Below are positions 55,219-63,024 of a stretch of 64,000 nt of DNA, piece after piece (positions within the stretch are counted from its first letter, which is position 1; the number at the start of each line of letters is the position of its first letter). The translations under genes and the position numbers were made by a program. This DNA is from Eubacteriales bacterium (GTDB lineage Bacteria; Bacillota; Clostridia; Saccharofermentanales; UBA5734). The stretch spans positions 20,472-84,471 of the forward strand of contig JAQUDJ010000001.1 in the NCBI GenBank assembly GCA_028685755.1, given 5' to 3'. The notes under the pieces were generated by a model that was not told the DNA's origin, searched no databases, and was given only the letters and a program-made list of their open reading frames with translations.

Positions 55219-56145
55219 TTAACCAAACTGCCGAATTAATTGAATCACAGTTGGACCGAGCAGCACGATAAAGATAACCGGGAATATAAAGATGACCATC
55301 GGAATAACCATTTTAACCGGTGCTTTCATGCCCTTTTCTTGTGCTTGCTGGCGACGACTGACTCGGAGTTGGATCGCTTGGTTGCGTAAGACATTTTTGA
55401 TAGGTGTGCCAAACTGGTCGGACTGAATCACAGCCGTTACAAAAGTCTGGAGTTCAGGGACGTTGCTGCGCGAGGCCATCGTCACCATCGCTTCTCGGCG
55501 CGGTTTCCCCATCTGGATTTCGCGATAGAGCAAGGCCATTTCATCAATTAACGGACCTTCATACCGCTCAACGACCTTGAGGAGGGCAGCATCAAAGCCT
55601 AAACCCGCTTCGATGCTGACGCTGAGGATGTCCATGACAGTTGGTAATTGATTTTGAATCGCTTCTTGTCGGGAATTGACAAAGCTGCGTAAAGCAAAAG
55701 TCGGTGCGACCAACCCGATCGTCATGCCGATGAGGATGATTAGAAACTGAATGTCAGCTTCCTTCGTAATCAGTCCGGCAACCGCAAAGCCAACAAACAA
55801 AAGTCCCACAGCCGATGCAATTCGAATCATAAAGAATTCTTGTCCTGAAATTCGCAGTCCAGCTAATCGAAGGTTGCGTTCTAGTGCGCTATTGCCATCA
55901 CGTTTGACCTTGGCCTGCCGTTTCGGCTTGTTGAGTTTATTTAAGCTTGCGGTGATTTTTTTGATGACTGGTTTGAAAAAGCGTTCCATAAAATTGAGTT
56001 CAAGCTCTGCATCAAGATACCGTGCCCGATTCTTCATCTGTTCGAGCCGTTTATTTTTGTTCCAATCCCGGGTTAAGGGGCTCCTGAACGCAATCAGGAT
56101 TAGCAGGAACGTCAGCACAGCTGAATTAATCGCTAACCAAGTCAC
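55219..56145 (-). CDS. tadC: Type II secretion system F-family membrane protein (TadC)
   Basis: T2SSF domain pattern (LPTVMDILSVSIEAGLGFDAAL) and position after tadB. Confidence 0.85.
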   Translation of the reverse strand: MTWLAINSAVLTFLLILIAFRSPLTRDWNKNKRLEQMKNRARYLDAELELNFMERFFKPVIKKITASLNKLNKPKRQAKVKRDGNSALERNLRLAGLRISGQEFFMIRIASAVGLLFVGFAVAGLITKEADIQFLIILIGMTIGLVAPTFALRSFVNSRQEAIQNQLPTVMDILSVSIEAGLGFDAALLKVVERYEGPLIDEMALLYREIQMGKPRREAMVTMASRSNVPELQTFVTAVIQSDQFGTPIKNVLRNQAIQLRVSRRQQAQEKGMKAPVKMVIPMVIFIFPVIFIVLLGPTVIQLIRQFG

Positions 56146-56158
56146 AGACTGCTCCCCC

Positions 56159-57094
56159 TTAGTATTTTATTGAAACGACTTTTTTGATCATCAAAAAGCC
56201 GATGGTTTCCATGACTGCACCCGTTATCAGCATCCCAATGCCGATTTGGGTGTTGAAAAATGATTGGATAAAATCAGGGTTGATCATCATTAAAACGCCC
56301 GCTAGGCCAAGCGGCAATGTCCCAATGATCATGCCACTGCTTCGACCTGATGCAGTCATCACGCGAATTTCATTCTTGATTTTGATGCGATCTTTGATGG
56401 TTTCTGAGATATTTTCCAGCAAATCAAGCAGATTGCCACCCACTTGGCGTTGGATTTGGATGGCCGAAACGGCCAAATTGAGATCCATACTTTTAACCCG
56501 CTCAGCAAGGTTGTTAAGGGCTGAATCAACACTGCCACCTAGATTAATTTCGCGAACCACCCGCGAAAACTCACGGCCGATAGGGTCAGGCATTTCGTTA
56601 GCGATGTTCGTCATCGCTTGTTGAAAGGTCAGGCCAGAACGCAAGCAGTTGCCAACCATGACCATCGCTTCGCTTAATTGAGCTTCGAATTTGATCAGCC
56701 GTTTGGCCTTACGGTTGCGAATCCAATACGGCGGCAAGCCACCGCCAATCAAAGCGGCTCCTAAAATGGTGATGATATGGACATTCATCAGAAAAAGTAA
56801 GCTCGCTGGCACGAGTGTCAGGAGGATCCAAATGACCAGAAACTCTTCTGGTCGCATACGAATATCTGCTGTGATTAATTCATTTGCTAAAGCCTGAGAT
56901 GCTGGCAAGCGATTGCGCTGGGTGCGTTTAATTTTGACTGGTCGATCATGGGCCAAGTCTTCGCGAACTAGTTCACGCAAGCGCCGTTCAACAAGCCTGC
57001 GATCCCGAACCATCATTGAAAGCAATACAAGGGAAAACAGGAATAAATAGAGTCCTGTTGTTACACCAAGGATCAGCGGCATCAAGGTCGTCAT
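56159..57094 (-). CDS. tadB: Type II secretion system F-family membrane protein (TadB)
   Basis: T2SSF domain pattern (QLSEAMVMVGNCLRSGLTFQQAM). Its start overlaps the cpaF stop. Confidence 0.85.
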   Translation of the reverse strand: MTTLMPLILGVTTGLYLFLFSLVLLSMMVRDRRLVERRLRELVREDLAHDRPVKIKRTQRNRLPASQALANELITADIRMRPEEFLVIWILLTLVPASLLFLMNVHIITILGAALIGGGLPPYWIRNRKAKRLIKFEAQLSEAMVMVGNCLRSGLTFQQAMTNIANEMPDPIGREFSRVVREINLGGSVDSALNNLAERVKSMDLNLAVSAIQIQRQVGGNLLDLLENISETIKDRIKIKNEIRVMTASGRSSGMIIGTLPLGLAGVLMMINPDFIQSFFNTQIGIGMLITGAVMETIGFLMIKKVVSIKY

Positions 57095-58449
57095 GCGAAC
57101 CAGTCCTCGTGAATGGAGACCCCGTTATTGCGGATTTTCTCCAAGCATTGTGGTCGAATACCGGTCGCCCGATAGCGACCGCGGAATCGACCGTGCTCAT
57201 CTAATTGACCTTGTGTTTCAAAGACGAATATATCTTGCATGCTGACAACGTCACCTTCCATCCCAGTGATTTCGGTGATATTGGTGACGCGGCGCGTCCC
57301 GTCCCGGAGTCGCGTTTGTTGGATAATGACGTCTACTGCAGAAGCAATTTGGGCTCGGATTGCGATGAGCGGTAATTCCATCCCGGCCATCATGACCATC
57401 GTTTCAACACGGGCGATCGTATCGCGTGGGGTGTTGGCATGCGTCGTTGTCAGTGAACCATCGTGACCGGTGTTCATAGCTTGTAGCATATCGAGGGCTT
57501 CCGCTGAACGCACTTCGCCAACAATGATCCGGTCTGGTCGCATTCGCAAGGCATTCCGAACGAGGTCGCGAATCGAGACCTGGCCGCGACCCTCCGTGTT
57601 GGCGGGTCTGCTTTCTAAGGAGATCACGTGTTCTTGGAGCAGCTGGATTTCCGCTGCATCTTCAATCGTAACGATGCGTTCATCATCCGGAATAAAGCTC
57701 GATAGCACATTAAGTAACGTTGTCTTGCCACTACCCGTGCCTCCGGAAACGATGATATTCAAGCGGCCTCGGACACAAGCTTCAAGGAACGCCACCATTT
57801 TCGGTGAGACTGACCCGAATTCGACGAGTTTGGCGGCGGTGAATGGAATTTTGGAAAATTTTCGGATCGTCATGACAGGCCCAACTAACGAGAGCGGCGG
57901 CAAGATAACATTGACACGCGACCCATCGCGCAACCTGGCATCGACCATCGGACTTGCCTCGTCGACATGGCGGCCGATCGAAGACACGATGCGATCAATA
58001 ATCGTCATTAAATGTTCTTGGTTGCGAAACACGAAATCGGCTTGTTTGATCCGGCCTTGTTGCTCGATAAAAATCTGTTGATGGCCGTTGACCATAATTT
58101 CAGTGACAGTCGGATCCGCTAAAGCCGCCTCGAGAGGCCCATAACCAACAATATCGTTGAGAATTTCTTCAATAATTCGGCTGCGGTCTGAACGTGGGAT
58201 ATCTGAACCTTCGGCATGAATCAGCTCATCGAGCTTATCGCGAATTTGCTGATCTGTCGGATCTTTGACTTCGTTAAGAGCTGCAATGGTTTGGTTGCGA
58301 ATCCGTTCTTTAGCTTTGGCTAAATTATCGTGCAGCAAATTAGGTTTGGTGGTCGTCACCCCACTCACGGGCACCGATTCTAGGGCCTGTGCAGCAGTCG
58401 CTAACGCAAAGTCGCCTTTTTTCTCTTCGATCCGGCGCAAAAGACTCAT
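57091..58449 (-). CDS. cpaF: Tad pilus secretion ATPase (CpaF/TadA)
   Basis: Walker A GGTGSGKTT, Asp box, Walker B (IIVGEVR), His box (GHDGSLTTTHA). Confidence 0.95.
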   Translation of the reverse strand: MSLLRRIEEKKGDFALATAAQALESVPVSGVTTTKPNLLHDNLAKAKERIRNQTIAALNEVKDPTDQQIRDKLDELIHAEGSDIPRSDRSRIIEEILNDIVGYGPLEAALADPTVTEIMVNGHQQIFIEQQGRIKQADFVFRNQEHLMTIIDRIVSSIGRHVDEASPMVDARLRDGSRVNVILPPLSLVGPVMTIRKFSKIPFTAAKLVEFGSVSPKMVAFLEACVRGRLNIIVSGGTGSGKTTLLNVLSSFIPDDERIVTIEDAAEIQLLQEHVISLESRPANTEGRGQVSIRDLVRNALRMRPDRIIVGEVRSAEALDMLQAMNTGHDGSLTTTHANTPRDTIARVETMVMMAGMELPLIAIRAQIASAVDVIIQQTRLRDGTRRVTNITEITGMEGDVVSMQDIFVFETQGQLDEHGRFRGRYRATGIRPQCLEKIRNNGVSIHEDWFA

Positions 58450-59738
58450 GCTGAGCCACCTCGCTTCCGCGATTTAAAGAGGCTCGCTCCGCGGGCTGTT
58501 TTCGGTTTTGGCGTCTTGAGCGGTTTATGCGCGGGACGTACCGGACGGGCAGGCTTGATCGCAGGGCCAGCTTTAGCGGCAGCTAAGGTAGCTTCACCGG
58601 CAGCTTGCATGTCGCGTTTCGAAGATCGGTTCATCTGGTCGCGCGCCATTTTGCTTATTTCAACAGCTAAATCGCTGCGCGGAAAGCCGATGACCGCGGG
58701 TACGCCACGTTCCTGGCTGATTTGAACCGTCTTGGCAGCCTCTGGCACAACATACGCGACTGGCATCTGCAAAATGCGATCAAAGTCTTTTTGGGTGACA
58801 ATGCCCGGTCGATCAGCATTGATGATCAATTTGATTTTATCTTGGAGCTGAAGCGTTCCGAGTATGCCCATCAGGATTTTGGTCGAACGCAAACTCGAAA
58901 TGTCTTTTCGCGCACAGAGGAAAATATCATCCGCGCTCTCTAAGGCTGTGAGCGTGTTTTCGGACAGATCGTTTGGCAGATCAAGGACGATAAAGTCATA
59001 ATACGGGCGCATGGTATTCACGAGCATTTCCACATGACGTGCCGAAATATATTCGGCAAATTCTGGACTCGAGGGTGCACATAAAATTGATAGACCACTC
59101 GAATGCTGCATCGAAAACCCTTTGATATCTTCAATCAAAAAGGCGGTTTTTTCTTGTGTCAGCTCGGCTAACGTGTCTTTGGCATTGATATTGAGAAGGA
59201 GTGGGGCATCGCCAAAATTGAGATTGAGGTCAATTAATGCGGTGCGACGGCCACCGAGGGACAGGGCAACTGCCAAATTGACCGCGAGGGTCGTCCGGCC
59301 GACACCGCCTTTGCCGCTATACATGGCAATGACCCGCGGATCACCACCGACCTCGTTGTTGCGACCTTGTTCGAAGAGCGCCGCTTGTACCAACGCGTCA
59401 TTTAGCGTAGCCATATTGTCTTCAGTAATGATCTGGCGAACGCCAGACTGCATGGCACTTCTGAGCATTTCGAGGTCTAACGTTGGTGTCAAAAGTGCAA
59501 TCGCACAGCCGGGGAAACCTTGGTAGATACGCTGGGCTAGTTCCATCAGACCGGCGTCACCTTGTTCTTGGACGAGCAGCACAATGTGTGGTGCGTAGCC
59601 TTTGATGCGCGTCATAATATCGGCGTCCACGTGGGCAAAACCAACAAGTGCGACACCTTCTGCCCGTGACAGCCGCTGCCGGATCATCAGTCTCTTTTCC
59701 TCGTTATTGACGACTGCGAGAACTTTATATTTGGCCAT
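58446..59738 (-). CDS. cpaE: CpaE/TadZ-type pilus assembly protein (atypical receiver domain plus MinD/ParA-like ATPase)
   Basis: N-terminal CheY-like fold without the acceptor Asp context (HIVLLVQEQGD). Deviant Walker A GKGGVGRTT. The C-terminal tail is Pro/Lys/Arg-rich. Confidence 0.85.
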   Translation of the reverse strand: MAKYKVLAVVNNEEKRLMIRQRLSRAEGVALVGFAHVDADIMTRIKGYAPHIVLLVQEQGDAGLMELAQRIYQGFPGCAIALLTPTLDLEMLRSAMQSGVRQIITEDNMATLNDALVQAALFEQGRNNEVGGDPRVIAMYSGKGGVGRTTLAVNLAVALSLGGRRTALIDLNLNFGDAPLLLNINAKDTLAELTQEKTAFLIEDIKGFSMQHSSGLSILCAPSSPEFAEYISARHVEMLVNTMRPYYDFIVLDLPNDLSENTLTALESADDIFLCARKDISSLRSTKILMGILGTLQLQDKIKLIINADRPGIVTQKDFDRILQMPVAYVVPEAAKTVQISQERGVPAVIGFPRSDLAVEISKMARDQMNRSSKRDMQAAGEATLAAAKAGPAIKPARPVRPAHKPLKTPKPKTARGASLFKSRKRGGSA

Positions 59739-59763
59739 TACGCATCCCTGCTTTCTTGTTTTG

Positions 59764-60486
59764 TTAACCTACTGTTGCCGCTTCGGTCGGGAAAATGGTT
59801 GGATAATACGTTTCGCCAGTAATCGAGTCATCTAGGACAGGGCGCAAAGCTAAGCGAATGCCGTATTGGGCGGCATAGTGGATTTTAATCGTATCTTCGG
59901 GGCGGGCGGCCAGGGTTACCGACAGATATTCTTGGACAGTTGATTCGGCGTTTGAAATCACTTTTTTGCCCGTAGCCAGCACCTGCAAATTTTCGACAAT
60001 CAACATCGCCACATCGTTATCTTCCTCATATTCGGCAAAGCGCATTGTCGCGATTAAATCCACATAATCACCGCGCGTAATATTGCCTGCGATACCGGTG
60101 ACTTCATCGACCCCGATCGTTATCGCGCGATAACCGGGTTCTAAAATGTACGACAAGCGGCCTTCTGCGGCCTCCCCGCGCTTTTGAATCCGCGTTGTGA
60201 AAATTTGTTCTTGCTGTTCAATTGGATACTGGGAAATTGCCCCGATGACATCGTCCAACGAACGAGCGGTAAGCGGATTGATTGCTTCGATTGGCAGATC
60301 TGTGAGGGCCACCATCTCGCGGGTGATTTCGGCATTGGCAGGTATAAACGCCATGGCCACGACAACGCTGCTCTGGTTTGCCTGTGCTTTAGCCAAAGCT
60401 TCGCGTTGCAGCGAATCCGCAAAAAAATACACGGATAAGCCTACAGCCAGTGCCATCAACAAGGAAAAAACATAAATCTTACGCAC
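59764..60486 (-). CDS. cpaB: Flp pilus assembly protein CpaB/RcpC (SAF domain)
   Basis: GTG start preceded by RBS GGAGGAG. An N-terminal TM anchor and a SAF-like segment (ANAEITREMV), then RcpC-type beta domains. Confidence 0.8.
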   Translation of the reverse strand: MRKIYVFSLLMALAVGLSVYFFADSLQREALAKAQANQSSVVVAMAFIPANAEITREMVALTDLPIEAINPLTARSLDDVIGAISQYPIEQQEQIFTTRIQKRGEAAEGRLSYILEPGYRAITIGVDEVTGIAGNITRGDYVDLIATMRFAEYEEDNDVAMLIVENLQVLATGKKVISNAESTVQEYLSVTLAARPEDTIKIHYAAQYGIRLALRPVLDDSITGETYYPTIFPTEAATVG

Positions 60487-60503
60487 GGGTTACTCCTCCA
60501 ATT

Positions 60504-61520
60504 TCATTCGACGAGCCGATTCCGCAACAAGCCAAAATCATAAGTCATATCTGTTAGCGGCAAGCTTTTACCGACCTTAACGTGCAAGGTCAACGGCGCA
60601 ACAAACAGCGATTTGTCTTCAAATGCTTGTAAAATATATGGTGCATAGCCGAGTGGCAAATACCGATGCGGTGGATTATCGGTCACACGTTGGTGAATGA
60701 CGATAATGATAATTCGCGGACAGGAAGCCACGTAGTGATCGACAGTGCATCCGCCTTGGCTTGGAAAATGGGTACAAGCCTCATAGCGCGTTTCGAAAGC
60801 AGTTTTCGCTTTACCAAGCAAAACACCGGTTTGACCTTCGACCAAATGACTCGGATCATTGAAAATAATGTCTTGGTCATAACCGTTGACGTAGTCGTCG
60901 AAAAATTCGGTGGCGCCCCCACCCCCACCATCCAAATCGAGCGAGCCGAAGTTGCCATTGATGACTTCTTCGTCATGGGTATCAAATGTAATCGCGACAC
61001 TTTCCCCAGCAACCGTCGCATTGCGACGATCAAGTGAAATGCCAAGGGGGGCAATTTTCTGGTCGCCAATGACAGCTTCGACGCGGACCTTGGCATGCCG
61101 GCTAGTCGTTTTACTATCGAGGCCGATAATTGGACCAAATAGAAAATTGACTTGTCTTTGCAAGCGAACACGTACCGATGTGTACAAGGGGCCTTCTTTG
61201 TCATCGGTGAAAATGTCTTCAAAATCAATACCAACGACTTCGTCTGCAATGTCGCCATTTTTGAGAACGTAATCGCGAACCATCGCTTCTGCTTCTGCCC
61301 GACGGATTAGCCCTTCTGACGTTGCAGTCTGAATCGGTAGTAATGTCGCAGCCGCGAAAGCTGCTGAATCTGCCGCATTTTGCAATTTGGCCGATCGCAT
61401 ATAGGAGACCCCTAAGTCAATCACAAGACCAGCCATGACTAAGACCGCGACAAAAATCACCGCGACAAGCACGATAATTGATCCGCGACGTTTAGCGAGC
61501 CTTCTTGATCGATCGGCCAT
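60504..61520 (-). CDS. TadG-like pseudopilin / pilus assembly protein (Tad_N domain)
   Basis: N-terminal RRGSIIVLVAVIFVAVLVMAGLVIDLGVSY...NAADSAAFAAA is the TadE/G-like N-terminal signature. Confidence 0.8.
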   Translation of the reverse strand: MADRSRRLAKRRGSIIVLVAVIFVAVLVMAGLVIDLGVSYMRSAKLQNAADSAAFAAATLLPIQTATSEGLIRRAEAEAMVRDYVLKNGDIADEVVGIDFEDIFTDDKEGPLYTSVRVRLQRQVNFLFGPIIGLDSKTTSRHAKVRVEAVIGDQKIAPLGISLDRRNATVAGESVAITFDTHDEEVINGNFGSLDLDGGGGGATEFFDDYVNGYDQDIIFNDPSHLVEGQTGVLLGKAKTAFETRYEACTHFPSQGGCTVDHYVASCPRIIIIVIHQRVTDNPPHRYLPLGYAPYILQAFEDKSLFVAPLTLHVKVGKSLPLTDMTYDFGLLRNRLVE

Positions 61521-61537
61521 GGATACCTCCCCGGGCG

Positions 61538-61951
61538 TTATTCGATCCGCATTACCGTTGTCGAAATCAGGTCAAATGCTTGATCCTTGACAAAAATTCC
61601 TGTCAAAGGCGTCAACACTTGGACCTTCTTGGTCACCGTAATTTCGATATCCTGGCCATCATTGATATTTGTAATGGCCACTGTCACATCCGTGAGTGAT
61701 TCAAGTCCAGGGTTTTGATGGACGCGATCTGTGACGAGGGCATTTAACGAAGTGCTGTCGGTATTGACGATGGCATAACGAGCGCCATCGCGACTGCCAT
61801 TATTGACCATCAACTGATTTGCGAGTAGCCACCCAAAGTCTAAAATTCCGCACAAGACTAAAATAAAAAGCGGTAGAACAAACGCGGCTTCAACCAATGA
61901 TTGACCGCGACGTTTGAGCCACCGATTTGAGTGATTATGTTTAGCCATCAT
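61538..61951 (-). CDS. tadE: TadE-like pseudopilin
   Basis: RGQSLVEAAFVLPLFILVLCGILDFG is the TadE-family N-terminal motif. Confidence 0.85.
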   Translation of the reverse strand: MMAKHNHSNRWLKRRGQSLVEAAFVLPLFILVLCGILDFGWLLANQLMVNNGSRDGARYAIVNTDSTSLNALVTDRVHQNPGLESLTDVTVAITNINDGQDIEITVTKKVQVLTPLTGIFVKDQAFDLISTTVMRIE

Positions 61952-62040
61952 ATCGCACCTGCTTCAGATGTTTAATCTGATTTTGGCAAACCGTAATTTA
62001 ACATGTAGTGTTGGATTGGCCCAATTTGTAATAATCAATA

Positions 62041-62071
62041 GCGCCTAGTGTAATTATTATACACCAGGCGC
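62041..62071 (-). terminator. Stem-loop downstream of flp (possible attenuator)
   Basis: GCGCCTAGTGTA - 7 nt - TACACCAGGCGC: a 12-bp stem with one mismatch. Only a weak U-tract follows on the minus strand. Confidence 0.45.
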
Positions 62072-62101
62072 CCTTGAGTTACATCTGAAAGCTTAGAAAT
62101 G

Positions 62102-62116
62102 CTGATTTGAAATCAG
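62102..62116 (-). terminator. Short stem-loop immediately after the flp stop codon
   Basis: CTGATTT-G-AAATCAG: a 7-bp perfect stem with a 1-nt centre, so the real loop must open some of the pairs. It begins 13 nt after the stop. Confidence 0.3.
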
Positions 62117-62128
62117 AATTTTCTACTA

Positions 62129-62290
62129 TCAGCCAATTTCGTTTGCAGTATTGAAGAATAGGTCGCGAATTTTCGGACCGAGTACAAGCAATGCCACGAT
62201 AACGACAATTGCGATTAAGCCAATGAGCAATCCATACTCAACCATGCCTTGACCATCTTCATCCGAAATCATGTTTTTAAACCACTTCAA
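62129..62290 (-). CDS. flp: Flp-family type IVb pilin (53 codons from TTG, 47 from ATG; absent from the ORF track)
   Basis: Minus-strand translation is (L/M)KWFKNMISDEDGQGMVEYGLLIGLIAIVVIVALLVLGPKIRDLFFNTANEIG*. It has the Flp motif G-xxxx-EYGLLI. RBS GGGGAGGGA lies 5 nt before the TTG at 62290; the ATG alternative is at 62272. Confidence 0.85.
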   Translation of the reverse strand: MKWFKNMISDEDGQGMVEYGLLIGLIAIVVIVALLVLGPKIRDLFFNTANEIG

Positions 62291-62325
62291 AGCAATCCCT
62301 CCCCACGAATTAATAATTTAACCGT

Positions 62326-62967
62326 TTATTGAAAATATGCATTAAAAAGTACCGAAACCATCATCCCTATTGACAAAAATGGCCCGATCGCTACTTTTGT
62401 CTTAAGATTACCACGCCTTGTCAAGTTTAACAATAAATAAAATATTCCCATCGTGATTCCCATGACGGCGATACTCTGCATTAGACCAAACCAGCCGAGG
62501 CAATAGCCAATCACAGCTGCCAACTTGACATCCCCCCAACCAATTGGCCGACCAATAATGACTGGCAATTGAAAAAAAGTGAACCCGATTGCTAGTCCGA
62601 CAAGCGCATCCCAAAATCCTGTGAGATTTTGCGTGATCACTAAATGGCTTGTCTGGATAACCAGCAGCACGGCTAATGTCGGATTAGGGATCTTGCGCGA
62701 GGCCCAATCGGTGGCTGATAGGCTTGTCAGCGTAAGTGCAAACAAATAATTGCGGATTTGTTCCCATACATCCATCGTGGTCCAACTCATGAGTAGACTA
62801 ACGAACATAACACTCGCAACCATTGCCACAGGTAGATAACGACTCCGCTCAACTTGCCAAGGACGCTTGTTCATCAGGAATAAGAACCAGCAATACGCGA
62901 GGAGGCCATCAACCAAGCCGATTAAAAGTCCGATTTCAAGCCTGATTCCAATTGAAAATCCTGTCAT
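62326..62967 (-). CDS. tadV: A24-family prepilin peptidase (TadV/CpaA-like)
   Basis: Polytopic protein with two catalytic-Asp contexts (SATDWASRKIPN and GWGDVKLAAVIG). RBS AGGAGG. Confidence 0.85.
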   Translation of the reverse strand: MTGFSIGIRLEIGLLIGLVDGLLAYCWFLFLMNKRPWQVERSRYLPVAMVASVMFVSLLMSWTTMDVWEQIRNYLFALTLTSLSATDWASRKIPNPTLAVLLVIQTSHLVITQNLTGFWDALVGLAIGFTFFQLPVIIGRPIGWGDVKLAAVIGYCLGWFGLMQSIAVMGITMGIFYLLLNLTRRGNLKTKVAIGPFLSIGMMVSVLFNAYFQ

Positions 62968-63024
62968 TAAAACCTCCTGTGAGTGAGGGTTGCATCTTAA
63001 TTCTGTTATAATTATATTAAATTT

